From Candidatus Nitrosotalea bavarica (GTDB taxonomy: Archaea; Thermoproteota; Nitrososphaeria; Nitrososphaerales; Nitrosopumilaceae), in contig NZ_FUYK01000001.1 in assembly GCF_900167955.1 (NCBI RefSeq), positions 98,782-130,781 of the forward strand: a stretch of DNA of 32,000 bases, read 5' to 3'. Position 1 is the first letter of the stretch. The number at the start of each line of letters is the position of its first letter. A program made the translations under genes and the position numbers. A model generated the notes under the pieces. The model was not told the origin of the DNA, did not search any database, and saw only the letters and a list, made by a program, of their open reading frames with translations. Of the stretch, positions 14,781 to 23,776 are shown piece after piece.

Positions 14781-15869
14781 TTCTTCTAGTTTTGCTGGCA
14801 GATACTTGTCTGTAATATTAGTAAGACCGTACTTTGAGAATGCTTCAAGTTCTGCCTTTCTTTTTATCTTGAGAAATACCTCTAGTTGTGTTTTCCAATT
14901 TCCTTCTTGATATCTAGGATCTTTTTGAAGATCATAAATTCTCTTTATGTCAGATTCTGTCATAGGGATTGTTGGTAGCTTGTATTTTTCAATATCAGTT
15001 GCCCAAACACCTAACCATTTTGCGTCTGGTACGGTCAATTCTCTTAAATGAGCTGCATTTGCAGAGCCAGATTTTATCACCATTGCAATATGTTCTCCAT
15101 ACACATCACCGTCTGCTAGAATAACTACAGGTAATCCCATTTCTGTGTTTAATCGTCTCAAGAGATTTCTTGTTGACCTAGGAGCTTGGCCTGCTGTATC
15201 AACAATTATAGCTTTAAATTTTTTATGAACTTTTTCTTCAACAAATCTTGTGAAAAGACCACCCTTTTCTATGGCAATAACAAGTTCTGCACTAGTATCA
15301 ACAAGTTCTGCACTGCTCAAACTTGGACCTATCAAATATCCGTCAGGATGATCCGAGAGATTCATTCTTTTCCCTTCGTAGCCTGGAACAGTATATTCAA
15401 TTGTCAAGTCTCCAAAGACACTACTTCTTTCTTCAGGAAATATGTGAAATTCTTCACGAGGGCTTGTGAGAACTGCTTCCAAGTCTACTATGATATTATC
15501 AGATTCTGGCTGATCCTCAAAATCAATACTAAACGCCTGTGAAGAATAATAAATGTCTCTTAATGTAGATGATTTTCCTTCTCGAACTAATCTATTGACA
15601 AAGAAAGCAAGCCAAGCAAGCTGTGTATAGGAACGTAACTGTGACATGTTTCTAGAACTACGTACAGCACTTGCACTACCCAAAATGTATTGTCTTATTT
15701 TTTTGTCATAAACAATATTGCTTACTGATCTACTAGGAATTACAAATTGTGGAAATCTTCCTTTGTCAAGATTATCATATATGCTAATACCTTGTTGCTC
15801 CAATAAAGATAGTAATCTTTTCTTCCTTTCTTCAGCTGTCTTTGCACTAGACTTGTTCTTCAATCTCAC
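14766..15869 (-). CDS. top6A: DNA topoisomerase VI subunit A (Spo11-like)
   Basis: 367 aa with a GTG start. Toprim motifs VIAIEKGGLF and ILADGDVYGEHIA. N-terminal winged-helix/5Y-CAP region. Overlaps the top6B stop. Confidence 0.92.
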   Translation of the reverse strand: MRLKNKSSAKTAEERKKRLLSLLEQQGISIYDNLDKGRFPQFVIPSRSVSNIVYDKKIRQYILGSASAVRSSRNMSQLRSYTQLAWLAFFVNRLVREGKSSTLRDIYYSSQAFSIDFEDQPESDNIIVDLEAVLTSPREEFHIFPEERSSVFGDLTIEYTVPGYEGKRMNLSDHPDGYLIGPSLSSAELVDTSAELVIAIEKGGLFTRFVEEKVHKKFKAIIVDTAGQAPRSTRNLLRRLNTEMGLPVVILADGDVYGEHIAMVIKSGSANAAHLRELTVPDAKWLGVWATDIEKYKLPTIPMTESDIKRIYDLQKDPRYQEGNWKTQLEVFLKIKRKAELEAFSKYGLTNITDKYLPAKLEESKSF

Positions 15870-17679
15870 TTCCCATCCTTATCAGTTGATTATAATTTGG
15901 TTCTTTTTTCTTACCAGCAAGTTCAGTTGCAAATTGTGCAATTAGTGGTACATATTTTGAGTAAAGATTCGCCCTCTTTTTTGCCATATCATCTGCTCCT
16001 TTTCTAGACATATGAACAGCCAATTTTCTTGCAAGATATTGTAACGCATTTTTTAATTCCCTTTCAAGCTCAGGTCTATCTGCCACATTTTCTTTTCCTA
16101 CTGTCTTGTACGGAATTCTTGTAGAGCAAATATGAGATACAATCACAAGAGGAGGATCTCCTTTTATTTTGTATCTACTCCACTCAGTCTCATTTACTAT
16201 TTTGAGGACTACATCACTTCCTTCATCATATAGAAGCGGTATACGATTAGCAAAACGATAAACTTTGAGACCAGATGGTGGAATATCACCTCCATAGGCA
16301 ATGCCCATTTCTACAACAAATGGAAATCCAGAATATGCTGATGCGTTACGTTGCCAGACAGCTGCAAACTCGGGATTGAAAAACTTCATTATTCCTTTAG
16401 AAAGAGGTTCCTCCCCTAAAGGGGCCAAGCAACTGGGATCTGGAGCAAGGAATTCTTCAAATTTTTGGAGTGCGTCAGCTAGTTTTACCAACTCCTCATT
16501 TGTCATACTGCCTATTCTTTTATCTGGCTTGAATTTGGCAAAATCACAGAACTTTTCTGCGGTAGTGGGTCCAACCCTTTGGAATCGCTTGGTCAAAAAG
16601 GTGAGGAGTGTATCACCCTGAACGGTACTTGCAAGTTGTTTGTAATATGGACTCTCTGGGTCCAATTCTATTGCATGTGTTTGAGACTCGCCAAAGTCCC
16701 AGTATGTTATAGTCTTATTAGCAATATCAATATCATCGATTCTGATTTTTTTCAATCCTTCAAAATCAATATTTAGAAAAGACATGACCGAAATCACAGT
16801 TCTTACAGGTTTTGAGATATCAGACCAACGCTTTTGTGCTTTTTCTAAAATCTCTTTGTGAGAGAGGTTTTTCTTTAGACCTAATTCTTTTTTGACTTTA
16901 TCAATCATCTTGTTGTCAATGGTTGGAATCTGATAATGCGTATCTGTGATCATTCTTCTTATAGTCTCAACATCAATACCGTGCGGATGAGGTTTGATGA
17001 CTGTCGGTGGATGAGGCATATCTTTTACAATTCTTGGATAATGGAATTTTTCACCACTTGGATCTTCAAATGTTATTGATGCGTAGGGGGTAATCAGCGA
17101 AGTCTGATATACATAATCGCGTACTTTGGATCCTGCTTTTGAATAATCTCCTTCAAGAACAATACTCACTGCAAGACCTGTCTTTGAACCTTCTTTTGTT
17201 GTATGTTTTAGAATTACAGGTTTGTTTTTCTGAATGTCAAGTAACATTACAAACTCGTCAAGTGTTTTACCATCTGAGCAGCTCTTCACAGTAACTGGTT
17301 TGTTTGTAGTAATCTGACCATAAAGAATAGCCATTGTAGCACCAAGACCAAACATACCTCTAGCTTGCTTGAGACCAAATTTAGAACCATAAAGAACAGT
17401 ACCAAAAGCAAGAGGAATGTGTTCAGGATCAATACCTGGCCCGTTATCTTTTACAGTCAAGACATAATGTTTTGGATCTGGTTTTTCTGCATCTACTGCT
17501 TTTATTGAAAGATGAATGTCTGGAAGGATCTTCTTTTGATCACATGCATCAAGTGCATTTTCTACAAATTCTCTAACAGATGTGTAAAGTGATCTAGTTG
17601 GATTACTAAATCCCGCAAGATCTCTATTTCTATAAAAGAATTCACTTGGAGATATTTGGCTGAAGACTTCTTTACTCAA
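15847..17679 (-). CDS. top6B: DNA topoisomerase VI subunit B (GHKL ATPase)
   Basis: 610 aa with a TTG start. Bergerat-fold motifs: REFVENALDA, KDNGPGI, GMFGLGATMA. Confidence 0.92.
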   Translation of the reverse strand: MSKEVFSQISPSEFFYRNRDLAGFSNPTRSLYTSVREFVENALDACDQKKILPDIHLSIKAVDAEKPDPKHYVLTVKDNGPGIDPEHIPLAFGTVLYGSKFGLKQARGMFGLGATMAILYGQITTNKPVTVKSCSDGKTLDEFVMLLDIQKNKPVILKHTTKEGSKTGLAVSIVLEGDYSKAGSKVRDYVYQTSLITPYASITFEDPSGEKFHYPRIVKDMPHPPTVIKPHPHGIDVETIRRMITDTHYQIPTIDNKMIDKVKKELGLKKNLSHKEILEKAQKRWSDISKPVRTVISVMSFLNIDFEGLKKIRIDDIDIANKTITYWDFGESQTHAIELDPESPYYKQLASTVQGDTLLTFLTKRFQRVGPTTAEKFCDFAKFKPDKRIGSMTNEELVKLADALQKFEEFLAPDPSCLAPLGEEPLSKGIMKFFNPEFAAVWQRNASAYSGFPFVVEMGIAYGGDIPPSGLKVYRFANRIPLLYDEGSDVVLKIVNETEWSRYKIKGDPPLVIVSHICSTRIPYKTVGKENVADRPELERELKNALQYLARKLAVHMSRKGADDMAKKRANLYSKYVPLIAQFATELAGKKKEPNYNQLIRMGSEIEEQV

Positions 17680-18244
17680 GGATATTTCCTCCTTCCCAAA
17701 GTTGAAGTCTCTCTAGTTTTTGTCTCCTCCTTGATTCTTGAAGATCATTGTAAACTTTACCATGAGTACTACCACTGGAAATAGATGTTATTGCATTAAC
17801 AGCAGATTTTAGTTGAGTTCCATCCCCAATCAAGGCAACGGTTCTACCATAAACAGATACTTTTGCACCACTTAGATCCTCTATATTTTTTCTAACTCGT
17901 CCACTTTCTCCTATTATTCTACTCTTTATTCTCTCAATTTGAGCCGGAGATTTTCCAACAAATTGACGCAAGTCCATAACATGTAATGAAGTCTCTTCTT
18001 GAATAAGACGTAATGCATTTTCTGCAGAGAAGCCACGACCTATAGCCATTACAATTTCTTCGGCCTTAAATGGCATTATATTTTCAACATCCCCCACTCC
18101 CTTTATGACTGTCTCGCCTGTTTGACCATCGATTGATAATGAAACAGAACAAATTTTTTCTATCTTAGCTTTTACCTTTCCAGATTTACCAATCAACACC
18201 CCAACTCGATCAACTGGGATCAGTATAATTTTCTCAAAGATCAT
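17672..18244 (-). CDS. KH-domain RNA-binding protein (aDim2/Pno1-like)
   Basis: 190 aa. Two KH GxxG loops (VGVLIGKSGKVKAKIE, IIGESGRVRKNIE). Lies downstream of Rio1 with a 4-nt overlap, the conserved archaeal aIF1A-Rio1-KH arrangement. Confidence 0.8.
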   Translation of the reverse strand: MIFEKIILIPVDRVGVLIGKSGKVKAKIEKICSVSLSIDGQTGETVIKGVGDVENIMPFKAEEIVMAIGRGFSAENALRLIQEETSLHVMDLRQFVGKSPAQIERIKSRIIGESGRVRKNIEDLSGAKVSVYGRTVALIGDGTQLKSAVNAITSISSGSTHGKVYNDLQESRRRQKLERLQLWEGGNILE

Positions 18245-19200
18245 CTTGTAACCCTCTTAAACACATCAATTGGATTGTCCACCGTTAGTCCTCTCTTAAC
18301 AAAGAATTTAGTAATATTACTAATATCTCTTTCAAGAAATTCTTTGGTTTTAGGATGTCTTATATCTACCGCAGAGCCAAAATCAAAAACTACTGGTCCT
18401 TCTTTTGTTTTGAAAAGATTATACTCTGAAAGATCTGCGTGAACAAGTTCGGCTTTTTTATAGAGATCAGAAATAATTGTTATTGTTTTTTCATAATCAG
18501 TATAGTCTACTTCTGATTCAACCAATGTCTTAGATGGAACACCGCCAGTTCCTACAAATTTCATTACTAGAATATTTTTTACCACGGTTATTGGTTCAGG
18601 ACATGGGATTTCACAATTAAAGGCCTTACTCAGATTACGGAATTCTTTTCTAGCCCACAACTCTACAAGAGATCTAGTACCGCTTTTTATTCTAGTAAAC
18701 CTTGGATCTCCAATAAGGTAAGGATATCGCTTTTTAAAGTTCGATGTTGTAACGAGATAAATTTTTACAGCAAGATCATTGCCAAATGGGTCAACTGCCC
18801 AGTATAGCTGAGACTCTTTTCCCGCACCTACTGCACCATTGACATAAGAGATAATGCCATTGTTGATCAGCCGTGAGAGGGTCATCACAGTAGACTTGTC
18901 AAAGACTGCCTCGAGCACTTTGTCTTTGTCAAATATGTCCTTCTCTGTTTTTCTTCCTCTTGCCTTACCAGCAAGTTTAAGATTCATTTTTCTTGCCAAT
19001 TTGTCTTGTAGTCCTAAATCAGAATCTTCAGTGCTGGAATCTTCTTCGACATCACTTGTTGTTTCTGGTGAATCTAGATCACTTTCTTCAACTTCACTTG
19101 TTATTTCTGGTGAGTCTAGATCACTTTCTTCTGCAATCTGTAGGTCATTTTCATCCTCAATCACTTCATCATCAAATTCATCTATAGATTCTTTATTCAT
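18241..19200 (-). CDS. rio1: RIO-type serine protein kinase (Rio1-like) with an acidic repeat-containing N-terminus
   Basis: 319 aa. Motifs: NGAVGAGKESQLYWA (ATP loop), LVHADLSEYNLF (catalytic loop), VFDFGSAV (metal-binding loop). No N-terminal wHTH, hence Rio1 rather than Rio2. Confidence 0.85.
   Translation of the reverse strand: MNKESIDEFDDEVIEDENDLQIAEESDLDSPEITSEVEESDLDSPETTSDVEEDSSTEDSDLGLQDKLARKMNLKLAGKARGRKTEKDIFDKDKVLEAVFDKSTVMTLSRLINNGIISYVNGAVGAGKESQLYWAVDPFGNDLAVKIYLVTTSNFKKRYPYLIGDPRFTRIKSGTRSLVELWARKEFRNLSKAFNCEIPCPEPITVVKNILVMKFVGTGGVPSKTLVESEVDYTDYEKTITIISDLYKKAELVHADLSEYNLFKTKEGPVVFDFGSAVDIRHPKTKEFLERDISNITKFFVKRGLTVDNPIDVFKRVTR
19045..19131. repeat. Imperfect 42-bp tandem duplication encoding EESDLDSPE(I/T)TS(E/D)V x2 in the Rio1 N-terminus
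   Basis: tcacttgtt[g/a]tttctggtga[a/g]tctagatcactttcttc appears twice, 42 nt apart. Protein residues 25-38 and 39-52 are near-identical. Confidence 0.8.
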
Positions 19201-19260
19201 TTTATTTTACTCCTATAGACAACATTAATTGTAAAACAAACTTTGTAAAATCTATTACTA

Positions 19261-19572
19261 TCAGAAATCTTGCGGCAAGAGTCCTTTTTGTTTTAGTATA
19301 TCAACTTGTGAGAGGGTATATCTCCAAGTAATATCACCACGATCCTCTGCTCTAAAATCCCAGGGGGCAATTGTTACAACATCATTATCTCTAATCCAAA
19401 TTTTTCTTTTTAGTTTTCCTCTGATTCGTCCCATTCTGGTCTTATCATCTGTACATCTAACCAGTATGTGATCACTGCCCAAAAGTTTTACAACTCTACC
19501 TAACAGCTCGCCTTCTCCAGGCAAATACATTTCTTTTAACTCACTTTCGTTTAGTACTTTTCGCTTACCCAA
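19261..19572 (-). CDS. eif1a: Translation initiation factor aIF-1A
   Basis: 103 aa with a TTG start. S1/OB core: GRVVKLLGSDHILVRCTDDKTRMGRIRGKLKRKIWIRDNDVVTIAPWDF. Confidence 0.9.
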   Translation of the reverse strand: MGKRKVLNESELKEMYLPGEGELLGRVVKLLGSDHILVRCTDDKTRMGRIRGKLKRKIWIRDNDVVTIAPWDFRAEDRGDITWRYTLSQVDILKQKGLLPQDF

Positions 19573-19619
19573 AATTCTCAGACAACAGAGTGTTCAGTAT
19601 GTATATATTCGTTGTATTT

Positions 19620-19916
19620 TCAAAATTTGAAAATAATAAGAAATGGAATTCCTTCAATTTCTTTTACACCTTTTGCTGTTCCCACTCCAATCTTTATTGA
19701 AAGATCAACTGTTTTTCTACCAGCCATGTTAATTATTGAAGAACTTCTTAGAAGAGATTCTGCTTCTTTTTCATCAACCACTCGGTCTCCATAGTAGCTC
19801 TTTGAGATTTTTACCTCAAAATCAGATTGTTTGAGTGTTCTGCCAACTAATTCGGCATCACACATATTCAACATCCTATTTCTTTGCTGATTCACTACTC
19901 TCACTGCAAAATTCAT
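19620..19916 (-). CDS. DUF424-family protein
   Basis: 98 aa. The pattern MLNMCDAELVGRTL......ISKSYYGD..V...EA..LL....IINMAGRKTV matches my recollection of DUF424. Its start directly abuts the aIF2beta stop (0-nt gap), a common archaeal pairing. Confidence 0.65.
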   Translation of the reverse strand: MNFAVRVVNQQRNRMLNMCDAELVGRTLKQSDFEVKISKSYYGDRVVDEKEAESLLRSSSIINMAGRKTVDLSIKIGVGTAKGVKEIEGIPFLIIFKF

Positions 19917-20339
19917 TTACGCATATTGACCCTTTAGAGGAGATTTGGCTCCGCAGGCTTCACATTTGAGAGAAGTTACCCTATGCTCCTTTTCAACCCT
20001 AGTATCAGGACTCTTACAGGTTGGACATTCTACATATTCCTTAAGATATCTATTCAAACGAATTGTAAATTCATGAGGGTCTTTCTTCCCTACAAATACT
20101 GCCTTGTCACCTCCAAATTGTGCCGGAGTTGCAAATTCCTTTGATAAATACTGGAGAAGCTTCTCAGGATCTCTTCGCAATATTTTTGGAAATTCTGAAA
20201 AGTTTCTGAAAAATGTTCTGTTTCCCTGCCACATTATATCCACTTTAGGAAGTTCAAATCTGGATGTAGAACCTGCTTGAATCTGAGATACTTTATCTTG
20301 TATCCCCTTCAATAATTTTTCATATTCTGCCTTTGTCAA
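19917..20339 (-). CDS. eif2b: Translation initiation factor aIF-2 beta subunit
   Basis: 140 aa with a TTG start. Motifs: NRTFFRNFSEF, LNRYLKEYVECPTCKSPDT ... LKCEACGA (C4 zinc ribbon). Confidence 0.9.
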   Translation of the reverse strand: MTKAEYEKLLKGIQDKVSQIQAGSTSRFELPKVDIMWQGNRTFFRNFSEFPKILRRDPEKLLQYLSKEFATPAQFGGDKAVFVGKKDPHEFTIRLNRYLKEYVECPTCKSPDTRVEKEHRVTSLKCEACGAKSPLKGQYA

Positions 20340-20400
20340 CTAGATCAGTTATAGAATCGCTACCTATATTGATTTACTCTAGAAAAAGAAGAATATTGTA

Positions 20401-20544
20401 CTAAGGCTTTCCTATGCGGAATACATTAGTACTACATTTAGGGCAAGTGCCCTTTACCGCAGGTCGTCCGTTCTTTAGCTTAACTTCCTTTGGATTTGTG
20501 ATGTCGACTTTTTTTCTGCATTTTACGCAGTATGCTTGAGTCAT
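20401..20544 (-). CDS. Small zinc-ribbon protein, DUF5679-like (47 aa), below the ORF-track size cut-off
   Basis: Hand translation from ATG 20544..20542 to TAG 20403..20401 gives MTQAYCVKCRKKVDITNPKEVKLKNGRPAVKGTCPKCSTNVFRIGKP. CxxC...CxxC with the NGRPA.KGTCP.C....FRIG pattern I associate with DUF5679. Confidence 0.6.
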   Translation of the reverse strand: MTQAYCVKCRKKVDITNPKEVKLKNGRPAVKGTCPKCSTNVFRIGKP

Positions 20545-20798
20545 TTCAACATCTTACGAATGAAGTGGTATATAGCAAGATTCAGTAAAAATTATTTCAC
20601 TATACGCCTAGATGGAGTTAAATTTTTACATGACCTAATTCAGATCATAGATCTAGAATTTTCATAAAAATGTATATTTTTGTCATATTTCTTATGAGGA
20701 AATGATCCAACTGCATGAAATTAACAAATCAGCCATTAGAATAATCAAATTGTTGAATGTAGTTATGCTTTTAAAAGCGCCCTAAGAGACTCACTTGA

Positions 20799-21299
20799 AT
20801 GGCATCCAAGAAAGGCATCATCATCACCATAGTAATGTTGGCAGTCATTTCAGGTGCAAGTTTTGTAGTATGGATTCTCCCGCAAAATCATAGTTCTTCT
20901 GTTGTTGTCTCAGATTTCAAAAGCGAGTTGGACAGTGTAAAAGAGAGGCATTTGCTCATTACTACTGCAATAGATTCCAACCTCAAAGGATTATCAGACA
21001 AGAGTATGTCTCCAGATGAATTTATCAATCAAACCCAGATATCGTCCTCTCAGGTTACCTCATTGATAAGTGAACTAGTGGAAAGCAACGCTCCCACGGA
21101 ATGGCAGCAAAGCTATGGAGCCTATTTTGAATCCCTCAAAAAGTACAATGATTATCTTTCTGAGACAATATCACTTGCAAACAAGATAAAAAATGGAATA
21201 TCAACAAGTGATCTAAATGATGAGATGTCAAAGTTAGATGCTCTCAAGAAAGAATCAGATGCACTAGCAACCAAGTCTGACCAGACTCGACCTGGATAG
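20799..21299 (+). CDS. Hypothetical membrane-anchored protein (N-terminal TM, helical ectodomain)
   Basis: 166 aa with an ATG start. TM segment GIIITIVMLAVISGASFVVWIL. The remainder is predicted helical and Ser/Asp/Lys-rich. No family recognised. Confidence 0.5.
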   Translation: MASKKGIIITIVMLAVISGASFVVWILPQNHSSSVVVSDFKSELDSVKERHLLITTAIDSNLKGLSDKSMSPDEFINQTQISSSQVTSLISELVESNAPTEWQQSYGAYFESLKKYNDYLSETISLANKIKNGISTSDLNDEMSKLDALKKESDALATKSDQTRPG

Positions 21300-21397
21300 A
21301 ATCAAGAGATCAAAATTTGAGTTGAATTTCTTAAAGCATTTGTAAAACTATATAGAAACTACATTAATTAATAGGAAATGCGATTTTCGTCTATACC

Positions 21398-22543
21398 ATG
21401 TCAGTAAAAGAAGATAGTATACAAAATGAAACAACGGAGACAAAGACTAGTAGGCTATTAGTGATTTGTGTTGATAGAGATGATGATATTGGAGTTAAAG
21501 CAGGTGTTGTTACTCCAGTAATTGGACGCAATGCATGCATAGATGCAGCTCAAAGACTTGCATTAGAAGATCCAGAAGATGCCGATTCGAATTCAATTTT
21601 TGCAGCTGTTAAAACATTTGAAGATTTGATAAGTAAGGGATACCAAGCCGAAGTTGCAATAGTTGCAGGTACCCAGAATAAAGGAGTCCAAGGAGATGAG
21701 AAAATTATTTCTCAAGTAAAGACCCTGGCAACAAAATTTGCAGCAAATGGAGCTGTCATAGTATCTGATGGTGAAGATGATGAAAGTGTCATACCAATAA
21801 TTCAAAATGTATTACCAATAGTTTCTGTAAAGAGAGTGGTAATGCGAGTAAGTAGAACGGTGGAATACTCGTATGCAGTATTAGGAAGATATCTCAAAGC
21901 TATTGCTTTTGATTCAAAATATTCAAAATTCTTTCTAGGTGTTCCTGGAATGCTTTTACTAATCGGTGGAATAGGAACTGTTCTTGGGCTAACTACGCAA
22001 ATATTTGCAGTTCTAGTCAGCATTCTTGGCGGAGCATTTCTAATCAGAGCTTTTGACATAGACAGAGCTTGGACCAATTGGAATAAACCAACACCTGGTG
22101 GATTCATACGAACTTTTACGCTAGTGGCAGGAATTGTTATGATTCTTGCATCGTTTACATCTGGTCTTAGTTCTGTCATACCCGGTATTACTGCAAAACC
22201 TGATAGCATATTGAAATTAGTTTTAAATCAACAAACAACTGGTCTCTTTATTTCTGGAATGTTGCCATTTCTTTGGATGGGAATAGGATGCATCTTTGGA
22301 GGTTCACTGCTAAGTAGTTGGTTTAAGGGAAGTATTAGATCAATTACAGATATTCTAAGGTTGATAGTTCTAGTTACACTCTATCCAATTGTTTCCCAGT
22401 TTACTACAATTATGATAAAAGGAGAGAGTCCATTTACTCTAATTCCTCCATTGTTACTAGGTCTTGCAGTAATACTGATATCTGCATCTCTACTCTTCCA
22501 CAAATATAGAAAAAAGAAGGGTGGTGAAGCACTATCAGAATAA
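21398..22543 (+). CDS. DUF373-family integral membrane protein
   Basis: 381 aa. Soluble N-terminal domain LVICVDRDDDIGVKAGVVTPVIGR..., followed by about 6 hydrophobic helices. Matches my recollection of archaeal DUF373. Confidence 0.65.
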   Translation: MSVKEDSIQNETTETKTSRLLVICVDRDDDIGVKAGVVTPVIGRNACIDAAQRLALEDPEDADSNSIFAAVKTFEDLISKGYQAEVAIVAGTQNKGVQGDEKIISQVKTLATKFAANGAVIVSDGEDDESVIPIIQNVLPIVSVKRVVMRVSRTVEYSYAVLGRYLKAIAFDSKYSKFFLGVPGMLLLIGGIGTVLGLTTQIFAVLVSILGGAFLIRAFDIDRAWTNWNKPTPGGFIRTFTLVAGIVMILASFTSGLSSVIPGITAKPDSILKLVLNQQTTGLFISGMLPFLWMGIGCIFGGSLLSSWFKGSIRSITDILRLIVLVTLYPIVSQFTTIMIKGESPFTLIPPLLLGLAVILISASLLFHKYRKKKGGEALSE

Positions 22544-22569
22544 AAGATAAGGTTCTCAATTTAGGTGGT

Positions 22570-23322
22570 TTGTACAGCCTATACTCTAAGAAATTAGAAA
22601 AGGACATCCATAGTGGAGAGATGCCAAATCACATTGCCATAATTCTTGATGGGAATAGAAGATGGGCAAAACGTAATTTGATCATGAAGTTAGAGGGCCA
22701 CTTTAGAGGAGCAGACGCTGTAGAAAAATTGCTAGACTGGTGTGAGGAACTAAATATCAAAATAATTACATTGTATGTGCTATCATCAGAAAATCTCAGT
22801 AGACAAGATGAAGAATTGGATTATCTCTATGATTTGATCAATGAACGACTACTCAAGTTATACAACGATCCCAGAATACACAAGAATCGCATGAAGGTAA
22901 AGGCCATCGGCAGTATAGAGTTGTTGCCAGACTTTCTAAGAGACATTCTCAATAAACTAGAAGAGGATACAAAAGACTATGACAATCATTACTTGAATAT
23001 AGCAATAGCTTATGGCGGACAAAATGAACTTGTGGATGCAATCAAAAAGATAGGATCAAGAATCAAAGATGGCTCTTTAGATGTAAATCAAATAGACAAG
23101 GATGTAATAGAATCCAGTTTGTATACTTCGCACCTACCTCAATCATCACCTGATATGATATTGAGGACATCTGGTGAGAAGCGATTAAGTGGTTTTTTAC
23201 TTTGGCAAAGTGCCTATAGTGAGCTTGTTTTTATGGACATTTATTGGCCAGAATTTAGGAAAATCGACCTTATGCGAGCAATAAGGACCTTTCAAAAGAG
23301 AGGTCGTAGGCTAGGAAAATAG
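22570..23322 (+). CDS. uppS: cis-Prenyltransferase (undecaprenyl-diphosphate synthase family)
   Basis: 250 aa. Motifs: HIAIILDGNRRWAK, LRTSGEKRLSGFLLWQSAYSELVF. TTG 22570 is preceded by AGGTGG. ATG 22621 is an alternative start. Confidence 0.88.
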   Translation: MYSLYSKKLEKDIHSGEMPNHIAIILDGNRRWAKRNLIMKLEGHFRGADAVEKLLDWCEELNIKIITLYVLSSENLSRQDEELDYLYDLINERLLKLYNDPRIHKNRMKVKAIGSIELLPDFLRDILNKLEEDTKDYDNHYLNIAIAYGGQNELVDAIKKIGSRIKDGSLDVNQIDKDVIESSLYTSHLPQSSPDMILRTSGEKRLSGFLLWQSAYSELVFMDIYWPEFRKIDLMRAIRTFQKRGRRLGK

Positions 23323-23359
23323 AAAAGAGAAATACTGGACATTAGAACTCATTTTGTAA

Positions 23360-23776
23360 ATGTTGGAAGAAAGATCAGCAGGTACAATTCTTTACCAAGA
23401 ATCTCCATCTGGCAAGATGTATTTGCTTTTGAATTATCCTTCAGGTCATTGGGATTTTGTCAAAGGAAATATTGAGAAAGGTGAGACTTTTAGGCAAACT
23501 GTTCTCCGAGAGGTAAGAGAAGAAACAGGAATTACGGATATTGATTTTATTGATGGATTTGAAGATAAGGTAGAGTATCATTATCAGCGAGATGGCGAAG
23601 TAATACACAAGGAAGTTGTCTTTTTTTTGGCAAGTACAAAAACAAACGATGTGGTATTATCACATGAACATCGCGATTACATATGGTTAAACTTCAATGA
23701 TGCTCTCAAGAAATTGACTTACAAGACGGCTCAAAAATTATTCAAAAAAGTCAAAGATTTAGGATTTGAGAGTTAG
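23360..23776 (+). CDS. NUDIX hydrolase
   Basis: 138 aa. Nudix box: GNIEKGETFRQTVLREVREETGI. Confidence 0.85.
   Translation: MLEERSAGTILYQESPSGKMYLLLNYPSGHWDFVKGNIEKGETFRQTVLREVREETGITDIDFIDGFEDKVEYHYQRDGEVIHKEVVFFLASTKTNDVVLSHEHRDYIWLNFNDALKKLTYKTAQKLFKKVKDLGFES

Noticed and set aside
15186-16776. Several 65-118-aa plus-strand ORFs inside the TopoVI genes.
   Set aside because: They are antisense to top6A/top6B, which are unambiguous. The translations contain no recognisable motifs.
18854-19228. Plus-strand ORFs (124 aa and 64 aa) rich in Ser/Leu.
   Set aside because: They are antisense to the acidic repeat region of rio1, another shadow ORF produced by GAA/GAT-rich coding sequence.
21802-22209. 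A 135-aa minus-strand ORF opposite the DUF373 gene, and a 134-aa minus-strand ORF at 27698-28102 opposite the 6-TM gene.
   Set aside because: Both are antisense to hydrophobic membrane-protein genes, whose codon bias commonly leaves the opposite strand open. Neither has a supporting signal.
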